Shown here: in pieces, positions 1 through 10,475 of the stretch
Layout: each line of letters begins with the position of its first letter
How positions within the stretch are numbered: position 1 is the stretch's first letter
From: Thermotogota bacterium
GTDB taxonomy: Bacteria; Thermotogota; Thermotogae; Petrotogales; Petrotogaceae
Length of the DNA stretch: 64,000 nt
NCBI GenBank assembly: GCA_051748045.1
Contig: JBNJGY010000001.1
Span: 32,001-96,000 of the forward strand
Direction of reading: 5' to 3'
The notes under the pieces: generated by a model
Told to the model about the DNA's origin: nothing
The model's input: the letters and a program-made list of their open reading frames with translations, nothing else
Databases searched by the model: none
Program-made: the position numbers and the translations under genes

Positions 1-572
1 GATGATAAAGTAGTGTCATAAAAGGGTATTTCAGATTCATCTACTATACTTTTAAAAACATTAACAAGTAATGCAAACGAATTTTCTGTTACCCACACAA
101 TATTCAAAGCTGTCGATAAAGACCTTTGCGCAAAAAAAGAGATTGGATTTCTTACACTTTTATCATCTATTATAAATTTCATGAAATTAGAATCCAATAT
201 TAATTTGCTATCGTCTTGATATTTGCTAATTATATTTGTTTTAATTTTATTTAGATCACTTTCTTTTATTTCAGTTTTTTGCCCGTATTCAACAGTAAAA
301 TTTTCTTGTGTTATGTATAATGAATTTGTTGAATAACCTACAACTATATCAATTCCTTTAACTTTCTTGGGAAGGCTTTGTTGTAATCTGTTTATTACTT
401 TTTCTATAGTTTTTCTAATAGTTTCTACATCTTGTATTTCACCATTTATAATTCCATCTGTTTTTATTTTTTCATATGCCAAGGGTTTAAATTTATCAAA
501 TTCTTCTTCGAATAATACTCCCTTGGTAAAATAGCTTCCTATATCAAGTCCAATAACGTAATTCTTAGGCAT
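1..572 (-). CDS. ftsA: Cell division protein FtsA, 5' part (runs off the window start)
   Basis: Not in the ORF track. Manual translation from ATG at 572 (G-rich RBS upstream) gives MPKNYVIGLDIGSYFTKGVLFEEE...GIINGEIQDVETIRKTIEKVI, matching the FtsA N-terminal GLDIGS motif and GxIxD segment. Confidence 0.85.
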   Translation of the reverse strand, partial: MPKNYVIGLDIGSYFTKGVLFEEEFDKFKPLAYEKIKTDGIINGEIQDVETIRKTIEKVINRLQQSLPKKVKGIDIVVGYSTNSLYITQENFTVEYGQKTEIKESDLNKIKTNIISKYQDDSKLILDSNFMKFIIDDKSVRNPISFFAQRSLSTALNIVWVTENSFALLVNVFKSIVDESEIPFYDTTLS

Positions 573-582
573 TATACCCCCC

Positions 583-1053
583 CTAATAATCTTCTTCTAT
601 CAGTACTTTATTTATTAACAAATAATCCCCTGATTTAAATTTGCTTATATCAGGGTTCGACTTAAAGAATTCTTTCAATTCTTCTTTATCATAGTATTTT
701 ATTCTAACTTTATTATAACAAATAATTTCATTTTTCTGAAAATCAATTTTAATTATATTGTGTATGCCTTCCATTTCTCTGATTATTTTTAATTCTTTAA
801 TAAAGTCATTTGAGTAATTAACTATTGGTATTGAAGGATATTTTATATCATCTACATAAAGCATTTCTCCAAAAAAATCATGATAGAAGTATCTATTTTT
901 ATATTCTACTGTATATAGAGGATTTGACTTTTTGATTGGATTACCATATAAATTATTCCCCCTATTTTTAAGGGGGAATAATATCAATATAATACTTGTA
1001 ACAAACATTATTAATAAAATAAGCTTAGCCATAAAAAATGACAGCTTCATCAA
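583..1053 (-). CDS. Hypothetical bitopic membrane protein (positional FtsQ/DivIB candidate)
   Basis: 156 aa with one N-terminal hydrophobic segment; overlaps the gyrB stop and lies immediately upstream of ftsA. Confidence 0.6.
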   Translation of the reverse strand: MMKLSFFMAKLILLIMFVTSIILILFPLKNRGNNLYGNPIKKSNPLYTVEYKNRYFYHDFFGEMLYVDDIKYPSIPIVNYSNDFIKELKIIREMEGIHNIIKIDFQKNEIICYNKVRIKYYDKEELKEFFKSNPDISKFKSGDYLLINKVLIEEDY

Positions 1054-2975
1054 ACATCTAATTCCTTTACTTTATATGCATTGTCTTCAATAAATGTTCT
1101 TCTAAGAGATGGGTCATCTCCCATCAAAATATTTATAGTTTCATCAGCTAACTCAAGGTCTTCTATCTTAACTTTTAATAGTTTTCTGTGATCAACATCC
1201 ATTGTTGTGTCCCATAATTGGTCAGGATTCATTTCCCCTAAACCTTTATAACGTTGTAATTTCCATTTTTTACCTTTGTATTTTTCTTTCATTGCTTCTA
1301 ATTCTTCTTCTGTAAAAAGATAAATTTGTTGTTTGTCTACTTCTATTCTATATAGTGGTGGAACTGCTATATAAATATTTCCATTTTCAATTAATTGTCT
1401 CATGTATCTATAGAATAAAGTTAATAATAATGTTCTGATATGTGCACCATCAACGTCAGCATCTGTCATTATTATAATTTTACCATATCTCAGCTTTGAA
1501 ATGTCGAATTCTTCTCCTATACTTGTACCCAACGCGGTTGTTATATTTACAATTGTTTCACTTTTTAATAATCTTAATAAGTCTTTCTTTTCAGCATTAA
1601 TAATTTTCCCTCTCAATGGTAATATTGCTTGGAAATATCTATCTCTAGCTTGTTTTGCGTTACCTCCAGCTGAATCCCCTTCGACTATAAAAATTTCTGA
1701 TTCACTCAAATCTTTAGATAAACAATCAGCAAGTTTTCCTGGAAGTGTTGAATTTTCAAATATTGATTTTCTTTTAACGCTATCTCTAGCTCTTTTAGCA
1801 GCTAGTCTTCTTTTTGTTGCTATTTTAATTCTTTCAAAAATTTGTTTTGATTCTTTTTGATGAGAATCAAAATATATAGTAAGATATTCATTAACAATTT
1901 GATTTACAGCTTCTCTAGCAGCTTTTGAACCTAGTTTTCCTTTGGTTTGCCCTTCAAATATAGGTTCGGCCATTTTTATGTGTAAAATAGCTACAAGACC
2001 CTCTCTGACATCATCACCAGTAAAATTATCATCTTTTTCTTTTAAAACATTATACTTTCGTGCATAGTCATTACATAATCTTGTTAGAGCGGCTTTAAAA
2101 CCCGATTCATGTTCTCCACCATCTATAGTTCTTATATTATTTACAAAAGATATGATACTTGTTTCATCTGAATTTGTATAAACCATTTCAAGATCAAGTT
2201 GCATATCCGGTTCATCTTTTTTCACTTGATAAGAACCATTAATGCTTATTGATTCTGATATTGGGTTTTTCTTTTTCTTTTTTAGATTAAATTCTAAAAA
2301 CTCTTTTAATCCACCAGAAAAATGAAATTTTAATTTCTTATCTTTTTTTCTATCTTCAAATTCTATTGTCAATTCAGGATTTAAAAAAGCTATTTCTCTC
2401 AATCTAGTTTCAATTGAATGTGTATCAACAGCAATATCTCCATCTTCAAATATTTCCTGATCTGGTCTGAATTTTATATAGGTTCCATTTTGATCTGTTT
2501 CTCCAATTACCTGTACTGGCTCTTCTGGTACACCTCTAACATATTTTTGATAATGAATTTTTCCTTTTTGAAAAACTTTAACTATCATATATTCAGATAG
2601 AGCATTAACTACAGAAGCTCCTACACCATGAAGACCTCCTGAAACTTTATATGCTTTTTTATCAAATTTACCTCCAGCATGAAGTACTGTCATAACTACT
2701 TCAAGGGTAGATCTTTTCTCTGAAGGATGCATGTCTACAGGAATACCTCTACCATCATCTGTAACTTCTACACTATCATCAGCATTTAGAATTACTTTCA
2801 AATTTTTAGCATATCCATTTATATGCTCATCTATACCGTTATCTACTATTTCATAAACCATATGATTTAAACCAGCTTGAGAAGTAGAACCAATATACAT
2901 ACCAGGTCTCATCCTAACTGGTTCTAATCCCTTTAATACCTTAATCTGCTCACCAGAATACTCATTGTTCAACAT
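1050..2975 (-). CDS. gyrB: DNA gyrase subunit B
   Basis: LEPVRMRPGMYIG, EIVDNGIDE, GGLHGVGASVVNALS, TOPRIM EGDSAGG, MTDADVDG and RYKGLGEM motifs; GGAGGTG RBS. Confidence 0.96.
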   Translation of the reverse strand: MLNNEYSGEQIKVLKGLEPVRMRPGMYIGSTSQAGLNHMVYEIVDNGIDEHINGYAKNLKVILNADDSVEVTDDGRGIPVDMHPSEKRSTLEVVMTVLHAGGKFDKKAYKVSGGLHGVGASVVNALSEYMIVKVFQKGKIHYQKYVRGVPEEPVQVIGETDQNGTYIKFRPDQEIFEDGDIAVDTHSIETRLREIAFLNPELTIEFEDRKKDKKLKFHFSGGLKEFLEFNLKKKKKNPISESISINGSYQVKKDEPDMQLDLEMVYTNSDETSIISFVNNIRTIDGGEHESGFKAALTRLCNDYARKYNVLKEKDDNFTGDDVREGLVAILHIKMAEPIFEGQTKGKLGSKAAREAVNQIVNEYLTIYFDSHQKESKQIFERIKIATKRRLAAKRARDSVKRKSIFENSTLPGKLADCLSKDLSESEIFIVEGDSAGGNAKQARDRYFQAILPLRGKIINAEKKDLLRLLKSETIVNITTALGTSIGEEFDISKLRYGKIIIMTDADVDGAHIRTLLLTLFYRYMRQLIENGNIYIAVPPLYRIEVDKQQIYLFTEEELEAMKEKYKGKKWKLQRYKGLGEMNPDQLWDTTMDVDHRKLLKVKIEDLELADETINILMGDDPSLRRTFIEDNAYKVKELDV

Positions 2976-3282
2976 CAGTGCACCTCCGTATTACTTTAAT
3001 TTCTTTTACAATTTCTTCATCTAATTTTTTATTGATCTTTTCTATCAAATCGTTTGAGCTGAAAAGAATTTCTTGCATCACGACATTATCTTTGCAAGAA
3101 ACAATGAGTAATTTATCTCTACTGAAGTAGTTGTTTATTTCAGTATCTTCTTTCAAATTTTCATCAATTATTTCTTTCCAGATTTTTTTGATTTCATTTA
3201 TAGAATAAGATTTTTTTATTATCGGGTTTTTTTTAGATAATCTCTTTAAAAAATCACCTATTTTTTCTTCCAAATCATACAC
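2962..3282 (-). CDS. DUF721/DciA-family protein
   Basis: 106 aa with a W-x-x-I-I pattern and a C-terminal 'LIEKINKKL...VKEIKVI' segment typical of the family; directly upstream of gyrB. Confidence 0.7.
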   Translation of the reverse strand: MYDLEEKIGDFLKRLSKKNPIIKKSYSINEIKKIWKEIIDENLKEDTEINNYFSRDKLLIVSCKDNVVMQEILFSSNDLIEKINKKLDEEIVKEIKVIRRCTDVEQ

Positions 3283-4102
3283 CTTCCCAATTTGTTTGAT
3301 CTTCTAAAATGAATTCTTTCCAATTGTCCATTAGTGTTTCTGTCACTAGTCCTGGAACGGCAAAAGTAAAATCAGGAAAAATCCTTCTAACAGGTACTAC
3401 TCCCATTGAAGTGTGGGTTAAGAAAATTTCATCAGCTGATAACAATTCCCATGCTTCAACATTTTGTTTTTCTTCAACTTCCATACTCAAGCTTTTTGCC
3501 AAAGATATTATATTACTTCTTGTTATTCCTGGTAGAACTCCAGAAGAAATATGTGGAGTGATTAAAACGTTTGAATTCACATAAAAAATGTTAGAATAAG
3601 TACACTCAGTTACATAACCGTATTCATTTAACAAAATAGATTCATAAAAATAATCGTATTTATTATGAATGTATTTTATAAATCCGTTTAATGGAGTTTT
3701 TACATAATAAGGTATCACTGGAGAAAATGGTTTTCTTTCTCTAGCAATATTTATAACAACACCATCTTCAAATACTTCATTTTTAAACTCTAATCTTTCC
3801 ACAAAACAATAAAATGTATTTTTTAAAGAAGTTTGAGGAGTTATATATATTCTAAACCTATATTCAGGGTAGTCATGAATTCTAATAGCCTGGTTTATAA
3901 TTTCTAAGAAATTTTTAAATTCAGGTATTTCAAAATTCATAAAATCAGCTGATCTTTTGAGTCTTTTATAATGTTTTTTCATAGCAAATGGTACTTTTGA
4001 GTAGGTTCTAAATACTTCATATACTGAATTTCCGTTCATAAAACCTTGATCATCTGCGTTAATAAGTGGATATTCTATCCATTCTTTTCCATTAAAAAAC
4101 AT
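3275..4102 (-). CDS. Class IV PLP aminotransferase (branched-chain/D-amino-acid aminotransferase or ADC lyase family)
   Basis: G-x-S-V-Y-E-V-F-R-T-Y, HYKRL, TECTYSNIF, LPGITR and ADEIFLT motifs; start moved to ATG 4102 (MFFNG). Confidence 0.88.
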   Translation of the reverse strand: MFFNGKEWIEYPLINADDQGFMNGNSVYEVFRTYSKVPFAMKKHYKRLKRSADFMNFEIPEFKNFLEIINQAIRIHDYPEYRFRIYITPQTSLKNTFYCFVERLEFKNEVFEDGVVINIARERKPFSPVIPYYVKTPLNGFIKYIHNKYDYFYESILLNEYGYVTECTYSNIFYVNSNVLITPHISSGVLPGITRSNIISLAKSLSMEVEEKQNVEAWELLSADEIFLTHTSMGVVPVRRIFPDFTFAVPGLVTETLMDNWKEFILEDQTNWEGV

Positions 4103-5372
4103 CTGAGACCACCCCTTCATTTATAACTTTTTTAATTTTGACTTCTTTAAAAATATTTTCTTCAAATTGTTTATTTTCTACGATATGATTTATATAGTAC
4201 TCATCATACCCTCTATTTTTTTCTTCAAGTAAAATCTTAACTTTTTTATCTATCATTTTAAAAAGATATTTTTCTGTAGATTTTTTTGATATTTCACTTA
4301 ATTTTTTATTTCTATCTTTTTTGATATTTCCAGGAACTTGTGGTTTTAGTCTTTCTGCTTTTGTATTTGGTCTAGCGGAAAATCGAAACCCATGAACTTT
4401 TAATAATCTATTATCTTTAATAAATTTTAATAATTCAGAAAAATCTTCTTCTGTTTCTCCAGGGAAACCCACAATGATATCTGCTGTTATTGAAAAATCT
4501 TCGTCATATTTCCTTAAATGGTTAAAAGCTTCTATAATATCCTTCTTTGTGTATTTTCTACCCATTTTTTCTAAAACATTGTTAGAAACATGTTGTAAAG
4601 AGAGATGTACATGATTTTCAAAAATTTCTGATTGATTTATTATTTTTGAAAACTCCTCATCAATCATGTCTGGATATAATGAACTAATTCTAATCCTGAT
4701 TTCTTTTTCTTTAAATTTAATTGCTATATCATTTATCAATTGTTTAAAATCGTAATCAGTTCCATATCCATAATAACCAAGATTTATACCTGTCAATACA
4801 ATTTCTTTAATACCTTTGTTTATAAAGTTGGATATTTTACTTAATATTATATTTTTTTCTACGCTTCTTATTTTTGTCCCTCTGGCAAAAATAATTCTAC
4901 AATAACTACAAGCGTTATAACAACCTTCTTCAATAGGCAAAAAAACTCTTGTCCTTTCTCCAAGAGGGTTATCTGGTATTTCTATTTTATCTTCTTTTCT
5001 TAACCAATAAGCCTTATCTACTATTATTCCTTCTTCATCTATTTTTTCATCAATATATTTTTTTTCCAAATTACCTAAAACTAAATCTGCGCCAATTTCT
5101 TTTATTTTTTTTGCATCTGTATGAGAATAACAACCAGTTGCAATTATTTTTATTTTAGGATTTTTTCTTTTTAATCGTCTTATTGTCTGTCTAATCTTTC
5201 TTTCAGCTTCAGAAGTAACTGTACAAGTATTTAATATATATAAATCACTGTCTCCATTTTTTTCATCAAAAATAATATCATAATTATTATTCCTTAATTT
5301 TTCAGCCATTTTTTCTGTTTCTGCTTGGTTTAACTTACAACCATATGTTATAAAAGATATTTTTTTATTCAT
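4092..5372 (-). CDS. mtaB: tRNA t6A37 methylthiotransferase MtaB (radical SAM)
   Basis: TYGCKLNQAE, NTCTVT and TGCY (UPF0004 domain); CYNACSYC; IVGFPGETEEDF. Confidence 0.9.
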   Translation of the reverse strand: MNKKISFITYGCKLNQAETEKMAEKLRNNNYDIIFDEKNGDSDLYILNTCTVTSEAERKIRQTIRRLKRKNPKIKIIATGCYSHTDAKKIKEIGADLVLGNLEKKYIDEKIDEEGIIVDKAYWLRKEDKIEIPDNPLGERTRVFLPIEEGCYNACSYCRIIFARGTKIRSVEKNIILSKISNFINKGIKEIVLTGINLGYYGYGTDYDFKQLINDIAIKFKEKEIRIRISSLYPDMIDEEFSKIINQSEIFENHVHLSLQHVSNNVLEKMGRKYTKKDIIEAFNHLRKYDEDFSITADIIVGFPGETEEDFSELLKFIKDNRLLKVHGFRFSARPNTKAERLKPQVPGNIKKDRNKKLSEISKKSTEKYLFKMIDKKVKILLEEKNRGYDEYYINHIVENKQFEENIFKEVKIKKVINEGVVSDVF

Positions 5373-5826
5373 TTTCTTGTATTAATTCACCTCTTGCAGC
5401 TTGACTTAATAAGCCTATTCTTCTAATAATTCCTACAAGTCTATTTTCATCATCAACTACAGGAATAATTTTAAGTTTGTTTTTTATAATAACATCAGCG
5501 ACATGTAATACTGTATCATTAACATTAACTTTGAAAGGCTTACTCACCATGAATTCTGATACAGGTTTGTATAAAATCTTATTCAAACCTCTAAAAAATT
5601 GGTGAGAATCTGGAATAAAAGCACTACTTTCCATTAAACTTAAATATCCAGGAAGGGACGAACTTATAACTCCACTTTCACTAAGATATCCTAACAATTT
5701 AAAATTATCGTCTACAACAGGTAGAGCAGATAATCCATGTCTTTTACATATCATAATAAATCTTTCAATTGTTTCGTCTTCCATAATAGCAGTTAAATCT
5801 CTTTGCATGATATCTGAAGCTCTCAC
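5365..5826 (-). CDS. CBS-domain pair protein
   Basis: Two CBS repeats (SALPVVDD...LLG and IIPVVDDENRLVGII); GTG start with AGGAGG RBS. Confidence 0.9.
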   Translation of the reverse strand: MRASDIMQRDLTAIMEDETIERFIMICKRHGLSALPVVDDNFKLLGYLSESGVISSSLPGYLSLMESSAFIPDSHQFFRGLNKILYKPVSEFMVSKPFKVNVNDTVLHVADVIIKNKLKIIPVVDDENRLVGIIRRIGLLSQAARGELIQENE

Positions 5827-5839
5827 TAGAGTCCCTCCT

Positions 5840-6802
5840 TTATTTAAGTCTTTCTATTTTAAATTTACTTTTACAAATTTCTATTTCTTCTTCAGCTCCT
5901 AATATTTTCCCTATATAATTAGTAGAAGATATTGCAGCAGCCATTCCAAATTTTGCAGCTTCTAAATAATCATAACCTTTTTTTATTAAATATGTTACTA
6001 TTCCTGACATAAAAGCATCACCAGCGCCAAATAAATGAGATCTTTCTATTTCGTCAGTAGCAGTGAATAACCATGCACCGTCTTTAGTGAATACCATATC
6101 TCCTACAACATGATAACTCATTATAACAAGTCTTGCTCCATAATCTATAATACTTTGACCTACTTCTAAATAATCTTCTAATGATTCTAAATTATGACCT
6201 AATACTCTGGTACTTTTTCTCAAGTCTGGTTTAACTACCATAGGGCAATTATTTCTAATAGCTTCTTCAAAATGTGGCCCATTAGCTTCCATATAAGTTG
6301 TTTTGCCTTGTTTTTTAGCATAAGAAAATAAATCTGAATATATTGTTATCGGTAACCCTGGTGGAATTGACCCTGAAACTAATACATGATCAACCAAACT
6401 AGTTACAGATTTATATCTTTTCATAAAATGAGATAAATCGTCTTCATTAATAAAAGGCCCCATAGAATTGATTTCAGAAATTGTATTTTTTACAGGATCA
6501 ATTATTTCAATATTTTCTCTAGTTTCTTCTGTACAATATACAAAATTTGTTGTTATATTTTTTACTATAGATAATTTTGTTTGTAAAACATTTCCAATGA
6601 ATCCTCCAAGGAATCCCATATTTATAGAAGAAACCCCTAAATCTGCTGTCATTAACGATACATTAATTCCTTTACCCCCTGGTTCCATATCTGAATTTGA
6701 AGGGTTATTTATTCTAAATAGATTTCCACTTTCAAAATTTTCTATAACAAATTCTCTATCTAACGAAGGATTTAATGTTACAGCCAACAAATCGTATTCC
6801 AA
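5840..6802 (-). CDS. PfkB-family (1-phosphofructokinase-like) sugar-phosphate kinase
   Basis: TLNPSLD, PGGKGINVS, SGSIPPG and GAGDAF motifs. Confidence 0.9.
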   Translation of the reverse strand: MEYDLLAVTLNPSLDREFVIENFESGNLFRINNPSNSDMEPGGKGINVSLMTADLGVSSINMGFLGGFIGNVLQTKLSIVKNITTNFVYCTEETRENIEIIDPVKNTISEINSMGPFINEDDLSHFMKRYKSVTSLVDHVLVSGSIPPGLPITIYSDLFSYAKKQGKTTYMEANGPHFEEAIRNNCPMVVKPDLRKSTRVLGHNLESLEDYLEVGQSIIDYGARLVIMSYHVVGDMVFTKDGAWLFTATDEIERSHLFGAGDAFMSGIVTYLIKKGYDYLEAAKFGMAAAISSTNYIGKILGAEEEIEICKSKFKIERLK

Positions 6803-6868
6803 TTTAAAAACCCCCTAAAGTTTTCTTTTATAAATTATATCATATGTAGATTAACATATATATAATAT

Positions 6869-6904
6869 AACCAAAAGAAGCCGCTAACGCGGCTTCTTTT
6901 GGTT
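6869..6904. terminator. Intrinsic terminator after the radical SAM gene
   Basis: Perfect inverted repeat AACCAAAAGAAGCCGC-TAAC-GCGGCTTCTTTTGGTT. Confidence 0.85.
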
Positions 6905-6909
6905 GTTTA

Positions 6910-8352
6910 TTATTTTTTATCTAAAGCTAATTTATCTTCATTTTTTTCATATCTTCTCATTCTTGTTTCGTAATTGTATACCCCTCTTTTTGATGGCCAT
7001 TTTTCAGAATATCCTTCATCTTCCCATAATTGATCTGCATATACTTTCCATTCTGCAGCTAATTCATCTAATTCTGGACCTAACTCATTTACTACTCTTT
7101 CTGAACCTGGATGCTGAGGTATAGCGTTGAATTTTTTAACCATTGATCTGAAAACTTTTGGATTATCTATTATAGGACATGGTCTAAATAAATTGTCTGA
7201 GTATGGAATTGTTCTTTTATATGCTTCAAAAAACGGTGATTTAAGAATTTCCAATATAGATTTTTCTCTAATATTATCAACAGCAAATTGTTGGAAAACA
7301 CACGGTTCTGCATAACCTTTTGCATTAATATGTAAATATTTTGCACCTGCTGCTAAACAACCATGAGTTAAGAATCCATGATTCCAGAAGTCAGCAACAA
7401 AAGAGAATTTACCTCCAAGTCTTAGTTCTTCAGTTTTTCTAAATCTTTCCAATCTCTGTTCAGGTGTGGGAACTAATTCTAGTGAAGCGTCCGCTCCAAC
7501 TGGCATAAATTGGAATACCCAAGCAAAAGCAACACCTTGTTCTTTTAAGTAATCCCAGAATTCATCATCCATAATCATATCATGATTTTTTCTTGTTGCA
7601 GTAATTGAAGAACCAAAAATAACTCCATGTTTGTTTAAAACCTTCCAAGCACTTTGTATTTTTTCGTAAACACCTTTACCTCTTCTCCAATCTGTCATTT
7701 CACCGTCACCTTCAACAGATATTGCAAGAGTAGCGTTACCCAATTCTGCTAGTCTTTGAGCATTTTTATCATCTATTAATGTTGCATTTGTATAGATCAT
7801 GAAGTATGAATCATTGAATTCTTCTAATACTTCAAATAAATGAGGATAAACAAACGGTTCTCCTCCAGTTAATATGAAGAAATAAATACCTAAATCGTTA
7901 AATTGTTTTATTGTGCTTCTCATTTCTTCTTTTGATAGTTGATATTTATGGCCATAAAGAGCTGCATAACAACCAACACATCTTAGATTACAAGCATATG
8001 TAGGTGAAATTACTGCTAATTTTGGTAAAACTACTTTATGTTCATGCATTTTTTCTTGTCTGACTTTTTCCCCAATTGCAAATTCATTTACTATTAAATT
8101 ATTAATTACCTTTTCAACCACATTTGGATGTGCTCTTTTAAAGAGTTCTGACCAATTTTGAATCATTGGATCTCCTCTATCAGCACCTTCTGCTAAATGT
8201 CTTAATCCACTTTTAGCTGGTTCTTTTGCGAATTTTGATAACGTCCAAAATAATTTACCTAATTGTTCAACATCAGCATTTCTTACAACATTAGATACTA
8301 ACTTTGATGCTTGTTTCATCATCATGGTTTTCATAGAATCTAAAATACCCAT
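6910..8352 (-). CDS. Radical SAM protein with C-terminal SPASM/twitch-like region
   Basis: CNLRCVGC, TGGEP and YTNAT motifs; C-terminal GCLAAG...EPCVF...RPCP. Confidence 0.88.
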   Translation of the reverse strand: MGILDSMKTMMMKQASKLVSNVVRNADVEQLGKLFWTLSKFAKEPAKSGLRHLAEGADRGDPMIQNWSELFKRAHPNVVEKVINNLIVNEFAIGEKVRQEKMHEHKVVLPKLAVISPTYACNLRCVGCYAALYGHKYQLSKEEMRSTIKQFNDLGIYFFILTGGEPFVYPHLFEVLEEFNDSYFMIYTNATLIDDKNAQRLAELGNATLAISVEGDGEMTDWRRGKGVYEKIQSAWKVLNKHGVIFGSSITATRKNHDMIMDDEFWDYLKEQGVAFAWVFQFMPVGADASLELVPTPEQRLERFRKTEELRLGGKFSFVADFWNHGFLTHGCLAAGAKYLHINAKGYAEPCVFQQFAVDNIREKSILEILKSPFFEAYKRTIPYSDNLFRPCPIIDNPKVFRSMVKKFNAIPQHPGSERVVNELGPELDELAAEWKVYADQLWEDEGYSEKWPSKRGVYNYETRMRRYEKNEDKLALDKK

Positions 8353-8372
8353 TTTTACACCTCCACAATAAT

Positions 8373-8939
8373 TTATTTACTTAATTTTAGAATGATTTCT
8401 TTTAATTCTTTTGTTAGTGTTTCTTCTTCAAAATCAACTCCAAAAACTTTATATAATTGTAATCCAACTAACATAGCTTGAACCATTAAAGCTTTGTTCT
8501 TTGACTCAAAAACATCTTCAAATTTATCTAATACAACAGTAAAATAATTTTCAAATGTATTTTTTAAGGGAGAAAAATTCTTCTTGTTATTAACAGAATC
8601 AAGAATTATTTCGAAAGTTCTCAATATTTCATGAGTAGTCAATGATGTAAATAATTTAGAATATATTTTTGAATAAAACTCTGCCTTATCCTCTAAACTT
8701 TCATTATCTTTGACTTCTATATCTTCTATTCTATAAGTAAACTTATTTATTAATTTTATAAAAGCAGAAACTATAAGATTGTCTTTGTTAGAATAATAAT
8801 TATATAAAGTTCCTTTAGAGTAATCACAGGCTTTCGCAACTTCATCCATTGTTAATTTAGATAAACCTCTATTTATTATAATATCTATTGCCTTTTCAGC
8901 TATAATATCTTTTTTATTTGTTGACTTGGAAATATCCAT
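8373..8939 (-). CDS. TetR/AcrR-family transcriptional regulator
   Basis: HTH 'TMDEVAKACDYSKGTLYNYYSNKDNL'; start placed at ATG 8939 after a GAGGTG RBS. Confidence 0.92.
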   Translation of the reverse strand: MDISKSTNKKDIIAEKAIDIIINRGLSKLTMDEVAKACDYSKGTLYNYYSNKDNLIVSAFIKLINKFTYRIEDIEVKDNESLEDKAEFYSKIYSKLFTSLTTHEILRTFEIILDSVNNKKNFSPLKNTFENYFTVVLDKFEDVFESKNKALMVQAMLVGLQLYKVFGVDFEEETLTKELKEIILKLSK

Positions 8940-8959
8940 TATTAACACCTCGCGTCAAT

Positions 8960-9011
8960 TGACTGAACAGTCACTTACCAAAATTATACTTTTTTTATAA
9001 TTTTTAGTCAA
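8960..9011 (-). promoter_or_regulatory. Sigma70 promoter and palindromic operator of the tetR-rSAM operon
   Basis: Minus strand TTGACT (9011-9006), 17 bp spacer, TATAAT (8988-8983), then dyad TGACTG-NN-CAGTCA (8960-8973) just after the expected start site. Confidence 0.75.
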
Positions 9012-9245
9012 TATTGATATTTTTTATCGTATTTAACATAGTTCATTTCAATAGATATTCTATAACTCTTTATTAATTGATGTTTTAGGACTTATTAAAT
9101 TTTTTAATAAAAAAAGTACATCTGTAATAATATATTTACTTAAATGTTTGTATGCATTTACAATAATATTGTGGGGCATTTTTTATATATTAATTTTATC
9201 TTCTATGTTATAATTTTAATGAATAATATATTGGAGGTAACTAAA

Positions 9246-10475
9246 TTGGATTTTATATTAGTAAGAACGAATGAAATAGCCCTTAAAAATAAAAATAAAG
9301 GGATCTTTATGAACCAATTAAAGGAAAATATTGAAAAAATGCTACTAGGAAAAGTTAAAATTAAAAGAATTAACAATAGATTTTATATAAATATTAGTAA
9401 TGAAATAAATAGCTATGAAAAGGATATATTAGATAATAGTCTAAAGAAAATATATGGAATTCATTCAATATCTTATGTACACATGGTTAATAAAAGTATT
9501 AAAGATATAGAAAAAAAATCATTTCAATTGGTAGAAGAATATCTTATTAAAAATAAACCTAAAAGTTTTAAAGTAGAAGTTAATAGGGCCGACAAAACCT
9601 TTGAACATAAAAGTATTGAATTTGCTTCCATGATGGGAGAAAAAATATTAAATAATTTTAATGAGTTAAAGGTAGATGTTAAAAAACCTGATTTTATTCT
9701 TTATATAGATATAAGACAAGAGGGAGCTTATCTATATTCAGAAAAGATAATTTGTGCTGGAGGGCTTCCTGTAGGTGTTTCTTCAAAAGGTTCTTTATTA
9801 TTATCTGGGGGAATTGATAGTCCTGTAGCTGGAACACTGATGCAAAAAAGAGGCATGATTATAAATGCAATTAGTTTTCATAGCCCGCCATTTACCGGGA
9901 GAAAATCTGTTGAAAAAATAATAGAACTAACAAAAAAATTATCTTATTATAACTCAAACCCTATTCATTTATACATGATTCCTCTAACTAAAGTTCAGAA
10001 GGCTTACAAAGAAACTGGAGGCAAGAATATTGTTGTTTTACAAAGAAGATCTATGATGAGAATAGCATCAAAAATTTCTGATATAACAGGCACCAAACTT
10101 TTAATTACAGGTGAAAGTTTAGGTCAAGTAGCGTCTCAGACAGTAGAAAACCTTACTTCAATTTCAGAAGTTACAGACAAACTTATAATAAGACCTTTAA
10201 TTGGATATGATAAACAAGATACCATAAAGCTCTCAAAACATTATGGGTTTTATGATACATCTATCAAACCACAAACTGATTCTTGTACAATTTTTTTACC
10301 TTCAAAACCTGTTACTAAATCCAAATTAGACATATTGAAAAAAATAGAAAATAAAACTGAAAATTTATTTTCACTAGAAGATGAAGTTTTATCTGAATGC
10401 AAAAAATACTATATTTTTAAAGATGAAGTAAAAGATATAAATAACTTCCAAAATATAACAGGAGGCTCGTTATGA
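9246..10475 (+). CDS. thiI: tRNA 4-thiouridine(8) synthase ThiI
   Basis: EIALK N-terminus, THUMP domain, PP-loop LLSGGIDSPVA, TGESLGQVASQT; likely TTG start at 9246 after GGAGG. Confidence 0.93.
   Translation: MDFILVRTNEIALKNKNKGIFMNQLKENIEKMLLGKVKIKRINNRFYINISNEINSYEKDILDNSLKKIYGIHSISYVHMVNKSIKDIEKKSFQLVEEYLIKNKPKSFKVEVNRADKTFEHKSIEFASMMGEKILNNFNELKVDVKKPDFILYIDIRQEGAYLYSEKIICAGGLPVGVSSKGSLLLSGGIDSPVAGTLMQKRGMIINAISFHSPPFTGRKSVEKIIELTKKLSYYNSNPIHLYMIPLTKVQKAYKETGGKNIVVLQRRSMMRIASKISDITGTKLLITGESLGQVASQTVENLTSISEVTDKLIIRPLIGYDKQDTIKLSKHYGFYDTSIKPQTDSCTIFLPSKPVTKSKLDILKKIENKTENLFSLEDEVLSECKKYYIFKDEVKDINNFQNITGGSL

Noticed and set aside
1050-2975. gyrB without adjacent gyrA
   Set aside because: Unlinked gyrA and gyrB are common, including in Thermotogota.
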